Shown: positions 43,640-52,732, numbered from the stretch's first letter. The stretch is DNA of 55,324 bases from Bacteroidia bacterium (GCA_044448905.1 JBIOHJ010000002.1:1-55324); one strand, 5' to 3'. Program-made: numbers and translations. Notes: generated from the sequence alone by a model not told the origin.

Positions 43640-43667
43640 GATTTAAAGTTTAAAGTTTAAAGTTTTT
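43640..43667. repeat. heptanucleotide array AGTTTAA x4
   Basis: gatttaa|agtttaa|agtttaa|agttttt, lying between the PorP stop (43635-37) and ATG 43669. Confidence 0.85.
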
Positions 43668-43668
43668 T

Positions 43669-45630
43669 ATGACCAGGAATCTTTTTCTAGCCTTTGTTTT
43701 TATTTTGTTTTCCGGTTCTGTTTTTTCGCAGACGTATAAAGCATACGTAAATGCGGGAGAAAATGCATTTAACGATGGAGATTATTATTCGGCAACTGAA
43801 TACTTTCAGAAAGCAATTTACTTTGAAAACAATGATGCCACGTTATTTTTTAAAATGGCTGAAGCCTCCCGGTTATTTAATGACTATTATGGCGCTTCGT
43901 ATTGGTACAACCAGACGGTTCTGAATGATAAAGACAATCTTTTTCCGATCGCCCTGTTTTATCTTGCCGAAATGAATAAGATGCGCGGTGAATACGAGGT
44001 GGCAAAAAATCATTTTTACCGGTATTACACTGAACATGCTGCCGACAGTAATTTCTTTTCGATGCGTGCGCGCGAAGAAATCAAATCGTGTGAAGATGCA
44101 TGGAAGATGATGAAGGATACGGTTCCTGCAGATGTAAAAAATATTGGCAACAAAATAAATACTGTGTATTCCGATTTCGCTCCGCATAATATGAAAGACA
44201 GCATCCTGTATTTTTCTTCCCTGCGTTTTGAAAATAAAGATCCTAAATCAGGCAAGACAAAAAATTTCGTTACAAAAATTCTTGCATCAAAAGAAACAAA
44301 ACCAAATTCATTTCGCGAACCGGTTCCGCTTGATACCCTTTTATTTAATCCCGCGGAATTCCATAATGCGAACACGGCTTTCAGCAATGATTACAAACTG
44401 ATGGTTTTTGCACGATGCACTCCATTGAATTATTCCGAAATGCGCTGCGAATTATATGAAAGCAAAAATGTAAAAGGCAAATGGAGCGAACCTGAACGTT
44501 TGAATGATTCCATCAATCTGAAGGATTACACAGCTACACAACCATCTCTTGCCAACAATGGCGCAGAAGGATATATGCTCTATTTTGTTTCTAACCGCCC
44601 CGGTGGAGAGGGGAAACTTGATATATGGAAGTCTTTTATTTCAACGGAGGGGAAATATTCGCAGCCTGAAAATTTGAGTAGTGAAATCAATTCAGCAGAT
44701 GATGATGTTACTCCGTTTTATCATCTCGCAACACAAACACTTTATTTCAGTTCCAACCGCGTGAATACATTGGGCGGCTATGATATTTTCAAATCAAAAC
44801 AAACCGGAGTGACTTTTTCTACTCCCGAAAATGCCGGTTATCCGGTAAACAGCAGCACCAATGATTTATATTTCAGTCTTGACAATGATAGCAAACAAGG
44901 ATTGTTGAGTTCCAACCGTACCGGTTCCCTGTACATTAAAGCTAAAACATGCTGCTACGATATTTATACTTTTAAAATGTCTGAAACAGAACCCGTGGTT
45001 GTTGATACCGTAGATACCACTGCAGTAGTTGTGGCTCCTCCAAAACCAATCGAAGTGGCGAAACAATTATTGCCGCTTCAATTATATTTCCACAACGATG
45101 AACCCGAACCGAAAACCATAAAAGAATTTACTCTGAAAAATTACCAGAAGCTTTACGCTGATTATATTGCAATGAAACCGGAATATGAAAAAGAATTTTC
45201 GAAAGGTTTGAGTGGGGATGAAAAGCAAAAAGCAATTGCATCAGTAAATAATTTTTTCGACACCATTGTTACCGGCAATTACAACCGTCTTGAAATTTTT
45301 TCCGGCTTGCTGCTCGAAGAACTGAATGACGGAAAGAAAATACAAATTACTGTACGCGGCTCTGCCAGCCCGTTAGCCAAAGCTGATTACAATGTTCATT
45401 TATCCAAACGAAGAATTTCAGCTTTCTTGAATTACCTGAAAGTTTATGGTGACGGAGCTATCAACAACTTTATTAAAACCAAAATGCTCACCGTTGTTGA
45501 AGATCCTGCAGGTGAAACATATTCGAAGCAAAGCGTTAGCGACAATTATCATGACCAACGGAATTCTGTGTACTCCCCTGCCGCTGCCATCGAGAGAAGA
45601 ATCGAGGTGATTGATGTAAAAAGGGAGTAA
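43669..45630 (+). CDS. OmpA-family protein with TPR and TolB-like beta-propeller repeats
   Basis: 653 aa with a signal peptide, TPR-like N-terminus, repeated ..YFSSNR..GG.DI. blades, and a C-terminal OmpA-like VRGSASPLAKADYNVHLSKRR. Confidence 0.75.
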   Translation: MTRNLFLAFVFILFSGSVFSQTYKAYVNAGENAFNDGDYYSATEYFQKAIYFENNDATLFFKMAEASRLFNDYYGASYWYNQTVLNDKDNLFPIALFYLAEMNKMRGEYEVAKNHFYRYYTEHAADSNFFSMRAREEIKSCEDAWKMMKDTVPADVKNIGNKINTVYSDFAPHNMKDSILYFSSLRFENKDPKSGKTKNFVTKILASKETKPNSFREPVPLDTLLFNPAEFHNANTAFSNDYKLMVFARCTPLNYSEMRCELYESKNVKGKWSEPERLNDSINLKDYTATQPSLANNGAEGYMLYFVSNRPGGEGKLDIWKSFISTEGKYSQPENLSSEINSADDDVTPFYHLATQTLYFSSNRVNTLGGYDIFKSKQTGVTFSTPENAGYPVNSSTNDLYFSLDNDSKQGLLSSNRTGSLYIKAKTCCYDIYTFKMSETEPVVVDTVDTTAVVVAPPKPIEVAKQLLPLQLYFHNDEPEPKTIKEFTLKNYQKLYADYIAMKPEYEKEFSKGLSGDEKQKAIASVNNFFDTIVTGNYNRLEIFSGLLLEELNDGKKIQITVRGSASPLAKADYNVHLSKRRISAFLNYLKVYGDGAINNFIKTKMLTVVEDPAGETYSKQSVSDNYHDQRNSVYSPAAAIERRIEVIDVKRE

Positions 45631-45646
45631 TCTCAGCTACGCAAAT

Positions 45647-46051
45647 TCATTTCTTTTTCGATTTACCTATTGATCTCAGTTTCTCTTTTTCTAAATTTTC
45701 TCTGACCCGGAATTTTACAATCTTACTAATTAAGCCAAAAGGTATTGGTTTATCTATCGGAAATTTGACTGTACCTTTAGAGCTCTCATAAGATGAAAGT
45801 TCTTTTTCGAATGTTATTATTCCTGATGATACAGGATAAAATCCGATATGATTTTTCCAGGCAGCAAAATAAACCAGCATGCCATGATATTTGAATGCAG
45901 GCATCTGATAGCTGATTGCCTCTTCGGCACCAAGTGCAGCTGCTTTAATTGTTTGCCGTAATTTATCGAGCGCCTTTCTTGCTTTTTCAGGTTGCGAAAT
46001 AATATACTCGTCAATATTTTTTGGCGGACTCAATTTACTGATTCTTTCCAT
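45647..46051 (-). CDS. DUF1801 (YdhG-like) domain protein
   Basis: 134 aa with ISYQMPAFKYHGMLVYFAAWKNHIGFYP. Confidence 0.7.
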   Translation of the reverse strand: MERISKLSPPKNIDEYIISQPEKARKALDKLRQTIKAAALGAEEAISYQMPAFKYHGMLVYFAAWKNHIGFYPVSSGIITFEKELSSYESSKGTVKFPIDKPIPFGLISKIVKFRVRENLEKEKLRSIGKSKKK

Positions 46052-46057
46052 GACACT

Positions 46058-46486
46058 TTAATTGTATTGCATTTGATTTTTGTCGAAATGGAGCAGCCAG
46101 TGATTCCCATACTTATCAGTAAGGTCACCGAATAATGCTCCCCAAAAAGTATTTTCCAACGGATGTGTTGCCTTCCCGCCCGATGAAAGTTTTTTGTAGG
46201 AAGCATTAATTTCTTGTTCGCTGCTGCAGTTCAACATCAGCGAAACCCCATTCCCTTTTTTGAGGCCTTCTTCACTCACCATGTCAGAAGCCATCAGTAT
46301 CAATGCGCCTTTCGTCAGCGTAGAATGTAAAATATATTCTTTCATTTGTGGCGGCATCTTATCAGCCATTGGCGATTCACCAATGGTTTGAAGCGAGAGC
46401 TCCCCTCCCAGGCATTCTTTGTAGAACTTCATCGCTTCACGACAATTGCCATTAAATGTTAAATACGAATTAATATTTGTTGCCAT
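46058..46486 (-). CDS. VOC-superfamily (PhnB/YjdN-like glyoxalase fold) protein
   Basis: 142 aa with YLTFNGNCREAMKFYKECLGG and FWGALFGDLTDKYGNHWLL. Confidence 0.75.
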   Translation of the reverse strand: MATNINSYLTFNGNCREAMKFYKECLGGELSLQTIGESPMADKMPPQMKEYILHSTLTKGALILMASDMVSEEGLKKGNGVSLMLNCSSEQEINASYKKLSSGGKATHPLENTFWGALFGDLTDKYGNHWLLHFDKNQMQYN

Positions 46487-46493
46487 TATTGTT

Positions 46494-47333
46494 TTACGCT
46501 TCCATCAATTTTTGAAGGTCAAACTTTTTCATTTTCATAAACGTCTGCATGACTCTTGGAGCTTTCCCAGGGTCGGTCATAAGTTTACCTAAGACAGCAG
46601 GAACAATTTGCCACGAAACACCAAACTTATCTTTCAGCCAGCCGCACATGCTTTCTTCTCCGCCTTCGGTAAGCTTGTTCCAGTAGTAATCTATTTCTTT
46701 TTGTGTTTCGCAATTCACCACAAGAGAAACTCCTTCGGTAAAAGTATAATCATGAACTCCCGGTCCATCCATTGCAATCATGTGATATTTATTAATGTTA
46801 AATTCTGAATACATCACCTTTCCTGCATTCGCCTTATCTTCCTGCGGATAGTGCATCAATAAATCTGTAGCAGAATTATCAAAAACAGAAGTATAAAATT
46901 TAACAGCTTCTTCAGCTTTGCCAAACTTGTTGCCGGTAAATAACATAGAAGGCCTTATTTGTGGCTTGTCGCCCTTCTCGTTAACAACAGATATCTGCCA
47001 GGTCATTCCAAACTTGTCCTGGAGCCAGCCGTATCTTTCGCTCCACGGTTGTTTATCAATAGGGATTAATGCTTTTCCGCCATCAATTAATTTATTCCAT
47101 GTGTCGTTGGTTTCGTTTATGGATTCGAATGTTGTGAAAATTGAAATGGCAGGAGTGATCTTAAACATTGGTCCGCCATTTAAACCCATAAATTTTTTTC
47201 CGTTCAGTTCAAAATTTATAACCATTGGCGTGTCAACAGTTACTTTTGAATTTTTAAAAATGGAGCAGTAAAAATCTGCTGCGGCTTTGGCTTGTCCGTC
47301 AAACCATAAGCAGGGATAAATTTGATTTGTCAT
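46494..47333 (-). CDS. tandem 3-demethylubiquinone-9 3-methyltransferase-like (VOC fold) domain protein
   Basis: 279 aa in two repeats ending ..YGWLQDKFGMTWQI and ..CGWLKDKFGVSWQI. Confidence 0.75.
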   Translation of the reverse strand: MTNQIYPCLWFDGQAKAAADFYCSIFKNSKVTVDTPMVINFELNGKKFMGLNGGPMFKITPAISIFTTFESINETNDTWNKLIDGGKALIPIDKQPWSERYGWLQDKFGMTWQISVVNEKGDKPQIRPSMLFTGNKFGKAEEAVKFYTSVFDNSATDLLMHYPQEDKANAGKVMYSEFNINKYHMIAMDGPGVHDYTFTEGVSLVVNCETQKEIDYYWNKLTEGGEESMCGWLKDKFGVSWQIVPAVLGKLMTDPGKAPRVMQTFMKMKKFDLQKLMEA

Positions 47334-47364
47334 TGTTTTTTGTTTTAATGGTTTATATTAATTC

Positions 47365-48243
47365 TTAAGCTTCACATAACTCTTTTAACTTGTTTAAGGC
47401 TTTGGGCCACGTGTCCATAAAATATTGTTTGTATTCCACATTAGAATCCATTGAAACCGCAAACAAGGTTTTGCCATTATTTTCAGTAAAAAAGTAATTC
47501 TCTGTTGCTCCAGCCCATCCTTCTACCTCTGCGCCTGTGGTTATTTCATTTCCATTTTTAACTATGCCAAGGTGCTCAATAGATACCACCTTTGCAGGAA
47601 TATTTTCTTTTATCCTGCTTACCATGCCACCCATTTCACCATTCTCACCGGGACCAAGGAACAGTATTTTTGAACCTTTTTCCCACGAGCCTTTAAAATG
47701 CGAGCCTGGTGAAAACACTGCCGTCCATTGATCATATGTACCTTTGTTAATCATTGTGTTATATATCTTTTCCGCAGTGGCATTTATGCTGATATCAAAT
47801 TTTAAAACTTCCAGATCTTTGTAAGACTCAGTGTATTTCTTAAAGTTGTTTAAAATAGCCTGCCAGCCTCCACGCTGCATTTCAACGGGGTTTTCGTTTT
47901 CGGCTTCAAAAATTGAAACCACTTTTGTTACATTGTCCTGTTTTGTAAAGTTTACTTTCACTTTTCTGCCGTCACCGATGGTATAGGCAATCAGTTCATT
48001 TGTTTTTACTTCGTCATACACTCCGCCAAAATCGAAACCGAAGCCGCCATCCTTTGCTTCCATTCTCGACAAGAATTTTCCGCCCACACGCAAATCATTT
48101 TCTGCATGTGGCGTGTGCCAGTCATCGGATGCGTTATTCCATTTTGTAATGTGTTCTGGCAAAGTCCAGAGTTTCCAAACTTTTTCTACAGGAGCGTTTA
48201 TTGTCGCCTCTACTGTAATCATGGTTTTTTCTAATGTTGTCAT
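47365..48243 (-). CDS. tandem SRPBCC (AHSA1/START-like) domain protein
   Basis: 292 aa with ITVEATINAPVEKVWKLWTLPEHITKWN and a second, similar half. Confidence 0.75.
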   Translation of the reverse strand: MTTLEKTMITVEATINAPVEKVWKLWTLPEHITKWNNASDDWHTPHAENDLRVGGKFLSRMEAKDGGFGFDFGGVYDEVKTNELIAYTIGDGRKVKVNFTKQDNVTKVVSIFEAENENPVEMQRGGWQAILNNFKKYTESYKDLEVLKFDISINATAEKIYNTMINKGTYDQWTAVFSPGSHFKGSWEKGSKILFLGPGENGEMGGMVSRIKENIPAKVVSIEHLGIVKNGNEITTGAEVEGWAGATENYFFTENNGKTLFAVSMDSNVEYKQYFMDTWPKALNKLKELCEA

Positions 48244-48359
48244 TTTATTTATTTTTTAGTGATGATTAATTTGATAATGCAAAGATGCAGGCTTAAAACG
48301 AAAATCTGTACTGTACGAAAACGACATTTTAGGGGGTTGATTGCGACAAATACTCTTTT

Positions 48360-48367
48360 TACCTTTG
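48360..48367 (+). promoter_or_regulatory. -7 promoter box TACCTTTG
   Basis: Matches TAnnTTTG, 4 nt from ATG 48372. Confidence 0.35.
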
Positions 48368-48371
48368 CGGG

Positions 48372-49336
48372 ATGAAAAACGTATCCATCCTCATCCCCGA
48401 AACTGCAGTGATAGAAGCTGTGGCTGATCCGCATTATATGTTTAAAGCCGTGAACCAGTTTTTACAGTCATCAGGAAAACGGCCTTTGTTTAATGTTCAG
48501 CTGGTAGGACTTAAAAAAGAAGTAAAATTGGAAAACAGCCTGTATTCTGTTCACACGGAAAAACTTTTGAAAGATGTGAAAAAAACCGATTTGATTTTTA
48601 TTCCCGCTTTGAGCGGTGATATGAAAACTGCATTGAAGCTGAACAAAGATTTTGTGCCGTGGATTGTGCATCAGTATAAACATGGAGCAGAAGTAGCTTC
48701 ACTGTGCATTGGCGCTTTTCTGCTCGCCTCCACAGGATTGCTCAATGGAAAAAAATGTTCTTCGCATTGGAATTCCGCCAATGAATTCAGGGAAATGTTT
48801 CCTGATGTGGATCTGGTTGATGGAAGCATCATTACCGAAGAACAGGGAATTTATTCAAGCGGGGGTGCCAATTCCTATTGGAGCCTGCTTTTATATCTCG
48901 TTGAAAAATATACCGACCGCGATACGCTATACTTGCATCCAAATTTTTTGCTGTGGATATTGACAGAGACAGCCAGGCAGCGTTCATGATGTTTGAAGGA
49001 CAAAAAAATCATGAAGATGTTGAAATAAAAAAAGCGCAGGAGTTTATTGAGAAAAATTACCAGGATAAAATAAGTGTTAATCAATTAGCGGATAAGTTTG
49101 CCATTGGCAGAAGAAGTTTTGAGCGAAGATTTAAAAAAGCAACTAACAATACGGTTGTTGAATACATGCAGCGTGTAAAAATTGAAGCTGCCAAACGAAG
49201 CTTTGAAAGCAGCCGGAAAAATATTAATGAAGTGATGTTTGATGTGGGTTATACAGATACAAAAGCGTTCCGTACCGTATTTAAAAAAATAACCGGGCTT
49301 ACACCGATTGAGTACCGAAATAAATATAATAAATAG
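48372..49336 (+). pseudogene. GlxA-type (DJ-1/PfpI + AraC HTH) transcriptional regulator with a frameshift near 48920-48930
   Basis: Frame 3 encodes the DJ-1/PfpI domain (SLCIGAFLLASTGLLNGKKCSSHW) and ends at 48989. Frame 2 reads ILASKFFAVDIDRDSQAAFMMFEGQKNHED... then the HTH (ISVNQLADKFAIGRRSFERRFKK, GYTDTKAFRTVFKK). The two parts join if one base is restored after ..DRDT. Confidence 0.75.
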
Positions 49337-49589
49337 GTAATTGCAGAGTAGAGATAACGTAAAAGAAAGAGGAAGATATTCGTTGGTGTTAAGATAATTT
49401 ACCTACAACAGCTTAAAATATGTTTTGCCGTTTACAACGGTATCTTAGTTCTTCGGCAACTTCCGAAGGGAGAATGTTTAGAATAAAACCGTCCTGGTTT
49501 TTTAAAATTTGTTTCAGAAATGAGTATATCTGGTTTTCTTCAATTTTCGATCCAACATAAACCAAAACGATTTATAATTTTTCGGAAAA

Positions 49590-51104
49590 TCAGTAGTGTG
49601 AAATTAATTTTGCTGACTTAATTTCATTGGAATAAATCGCATTCAGATTATACATTCCATTCGTGATTGTATGATTTACAGGAAATGCAAAAGTATTTGA
49701 TCCTTTTTTGCCGGCAACGACCTTTGAGAAAACAGCAGCCCCGATAGCACTGTATAATTTCAGCGTAACAAATCCATTTTCAGGAATAGTGAACACGATT
49801 TTGAATTCATTTGAATGCGAATTAAAATGTACATAATTTATTTCGAACAAACTATCATTATTATAAATTGTATTCCAATGTGAATGCGAAAAACTACCAT
49901 CAAAATCTGTTTGTTTAATTCTGTAAAATGAAGTGCCGTAATACGGGTTTTTATCAACCATATTATATTCATTTACCGATGTTGAATTTACTGCTCCATT
50001 GATAATGCCAATTGATTCTATTTCATTTAAATCCTTTGAGCGTTCAACTGTAAAATAATTATTGTTTGTTTCGCTTGCTGTTTTCCACTTCAAATTCACA
50101 TGCTTTTGTTTTACCAGGTGTGCCTCAAATGAAAGTAATTGAACAGGAAGTGGGAAGGCTGACTGAGATAATGTATAAGGGCCAAACAGGGTTATACCAG
50201 GAGAAGTGACTGTATTTAAAGCCGTATTATTTGATTGAAATGGCACAGGGGCTTCCCATCCGCTGGAATACCGTTGAGCAACCAGCCCTGTTTCGCCATT
50301 TGCAGGCGCTTCGGCATCACCATAAGTAAAAGTAACCGTAAGTGTTCCGCTTGCACCGGTTTTATCTAACTGCCAAAAGCGGTCTACTACATTTGCGCTG
50401 TTGTCGCTACCAGATGGACCATTCATATTGGCAACCGCATTTGGTGTTACGGGATAAGGAGTATTATCCGCAGCAGAAGGATAGGTTGATGTAGTTAAAT
50501 TTCCGATGGTGCCGGCAGTAAGATCAAGTGTCAGCGGGATAAAAGTTCCATCTGCTTTAGCATAAGGAATAACGTGCGCGCCTGTTGTACTGCCTATATT
50601 CCATTGCACTTTGCTCGAATTATCAACTTGTTCAGATATCAAAACGCCATTTGTGTAACCAATGCCTGTAGTTGCCGGATTGGATATAGTGACTGTATGA
50701 GAATTAAGATCTACCGGTCCGTTTGTTAATGTAAGAATGTTTGATACTTCTGTATTTATATTAACCGTAACACCATTTGATGCTTTATCTACTTCAGCAT
50801 TATAAAATGTAGTGCCCGTTGTGCCACTGATGTTTTGTGCAGTGGTTCCCCAAAAAGTTACTTTCCCTGTACCTGTAGGATAGGAACCATCATTTATCCA
50901 ATCACCTTTTAAATAAAAGTCACCATTATTTTCGGAGCTTCCGGTGGCGGAAGTAGTAAATGAACCTTCATCTGATACAATTGTCCCTGTGGAAATATAC
51001 ATCGTACCCGTATTAATTGCATTATCCTGTGTGTATCCTTTTTGAATAAAAAGGAAAGTTAAAAATGAACTTGCTATCAGTAAATATCGTTCGGTTCTTA
51101 TCAT
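49590..51104 (-). CDS. secreted surface protein with probable T9SS type A C-terminal domain
   Basis: ATG 51104 gives MIRTERYLLIASSFLTFLFIQKGYTQ (the track start 51149 is a TTG). It has an internal LPVQLLSFEA..LKWKTASETNNNYFTVERS..YRIKQTDFDG domain and a C-terminal beta-sandwich ending ..GMYNLNAIYSNEIKSAKLI. Confidence 0.7.
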   Translation of the reverse strand: MIRTERYLLIASSFLTFLFIQKGYTQDNAINTGTMYISTGTIVSDEGSFTTSATGSSENNGDFYLKGDWINDGSYPTGTGKVTFWGTTAQNISGTTGTTFYNAEVDKASNGVTVNINTEVSNILTLTNGPVDLNSHTVTISNPATTGIGYTNGVLISEQVDNSSKVQWNIGSTTGAHVIPYAKADGTFIPLTLDLTAGTIGNLTTSTYPSAADNTPYPVTPNAVANMNGPSGSDNSANVVDRFWQLDKTGASGTLTVTFTYGDAEAPANGETGLVAQRYSSGWEAPVPFQSNNTALNTVTSPGITLFGPYTLSQSAFPLPVQLLSFEAHLVKQKHVNLKWKTASETNNNYFTVERSKDLNEIESIGIINGAVNSTSVNEYNMVDKNPYYGTSFYRIKQTDFDGSFSHSHWNTIYNNDSLFEINYVHFNSHSNEFKIVFTIPENGFVTLKLYSAIGAAVFSKVVAGKKGSNTFAFPVNHTITNGMYNLNAIYSNEIKSAKLISHY

Positions 51105-51152
51105 AAATCTAATTAGTTCAAAGGTCAATAGACAATACAGAATAATCAATAA

Positions 51153-52679
51153 TTACTGCACCAGTGAAACTATTCTCCAGAAAGATCCGGTGTAAACAAG
51201 CACAGCACCACCGTCACCTGTGATTGTTACGTTTGCCCCTGAGCCGGTTATAATTCGATTTGCTGCCACACTAAGTGTATTGTTAGTTAATACCAGGTTT
51301 CCGCCAGAATTGCTTACATAAAGCACCAGTCCGTCATAAGGTGTGTCAAAACCTGATATTGTTTTTGCTGAAGCATGAGAGAAATACAATACTGTTTTAC
51401 CTGAGCGGGCATAGTCATTTATAGCACCATTGCTCGTACTGTTGTTGTAGGGAGTAAAAAGAATATCACCATTCACATGCAATTTAGCATTGGGTGTAGG
51501 ATAACCAATACCCACGTTCACCGCATTTGCTGTTAATGAATCTCCTAAAACCATACTGTTGCTGGCTCCCACTTTTGCATTATACCCGATGGCTGTTGAA
51601 TTGGACCAGGCAACCGATGTTGCATTGGCGCTGTCTCCGATATAAGTATTGTACGAACCGGTATTGTTTGTCCTGCCTGCTCCGTAACCAATCGCAGTGT
51701 TATAGCTGCCCCTTGTACTTTCAAGTGCTAATGCTCCGTATGCAACATTATACGAACCGTTCCTGTTTTGGAGCAGGCTGTTAAAACCGTAGGCTGAGTT
51801 ATAGGTGCCGGTGGTGTCATTAAATAATGATTGATAACCGAATGAAGAGCTTCCTGACCCTGTAAGATTTCTGCTGAGTGCTGAGACTCCTACAGCTGTA
51901 TTTAATGAACCGGTAATCATTGATGCCAATGCGCCTGCTCCCACTCCAGTGTTACTACCACCCGTAGTATTAGCCACAAGGGCACCATTACCTAAGCCGG
52001 TGTTGGAAACTCCGGTGGTATTTGCATAAAGTGCCCTATAGCCAAACGCTACCGTGGTGCTTGCGGTATTATTAAAGCAAGCACCATAACCAACAGCCGT
52101 TACCCACAATGGGTTGGTTGCTGAATATCCTGCACTGTCGCCAATAAAAACATTTCGCGATCCTGTTTTACAGCTGCGTCCTGCCATGTGCCCGATGATT
52201 GTATTGTAATTACCTGTTGTTATTGAATCACCTGCCCTATAACCAAAAAATGCATTCTGTAAAGTGTTATCAATTCTTCCTGCCTTCTGATTGTTTACTT
52301 TAAAAGTTAAAGGGATATCATCAGTTGTACCAAGGAAATTAGAACCGTCATCAACAGTACCAGCGTTTCCTGTGGTAAGCCAACCGGTACTGGTAAAAGG
52401 TGTCCATGCGCTTCCATTATAATACCAAAAACCTGCAGAACCATCGGTCTGGTAAATTAAAAGACCAGTCGCAGGTGAACTGATGGCAGTTTTCTGAGCG
52501 GCTGTCATTCTTGGTGCTAACATTCCTTTTGTTGTTGAGGTAAGATCAAGGATGGAAGATGCGGTTGGACTTGTTGTCCCGATACCAACCTGGGCTTCTG
52601 CCTGCTTATTATTAATTAATAAAAATACCATAAAAACCCAGGCTATTTTTAGAAGGTTTTTTTTCTTTTTGGTGTTCAT
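51153..52679 (-). CDS. secreted protein with YadA-head-like (NTAxG / SxAxG) repeats
   Basis: 508 aa with a signal peptide and an N-terminal VGIGTTSP...KGMLAPRMT...GLLIYQTD...WYYNGSAW module. About 12 degenerate 14-15-aa repeats (NTAVGVSAL, NSAYGFNSL, NVAYGALAL, NTAIGYGAG, STAIGYNAK) resemble trimeric-autotransporter head motifs. Confidence 0.65.
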   Translation of the reverse strand: MNTKKKKNLLKIAWVFMVFLLINNKQAEAQVGIGTTSPTASSILDLTSTTKGMLAPRMTAAQKTAISSPATGLLIYQTDGSAGFWYYNGSAWTPFTSTGWLTTGNAGTVDDGSNFLGTTDDIPLTFKVNNQKAGRIDNTLQNAFFGYRAGDSITTGNYNTIIGHMAGRSCKTGSRNVFIGDSAGYSATNPLWVTAVGYGACFNNTASTTVAFGYRALYANTTGVSNTGLGNGALVANTTGGSNTGVGAGALASMITGSLNTAVGVSALSRNLTGSGSSSFGYQSLFNDTTGTYNSAYGFNSLLQNRNGSYNVAYGALALESTRGSYNTAIGYGAGRTNNTGSYNTYIGDSANATSVAWSNSTAIGYNAKVGASNSMVLGDSLTANAVNVGIGYPTPNAKLHVNGDILFTPYNNSTSNGAINDYARSGKTVLYFSHASAKTISGFDTPYDGLVLYVSNSGGNLVLTNNTLSVAANRIITGSGANVTITGDGGAVLVYTGSFWRIVSLVQ

Positions 52680-52732
52680 AAAGCATGTATATTAAAAAGT
52701 AACATTTAGAAATAAATCATAAGCATTATATC

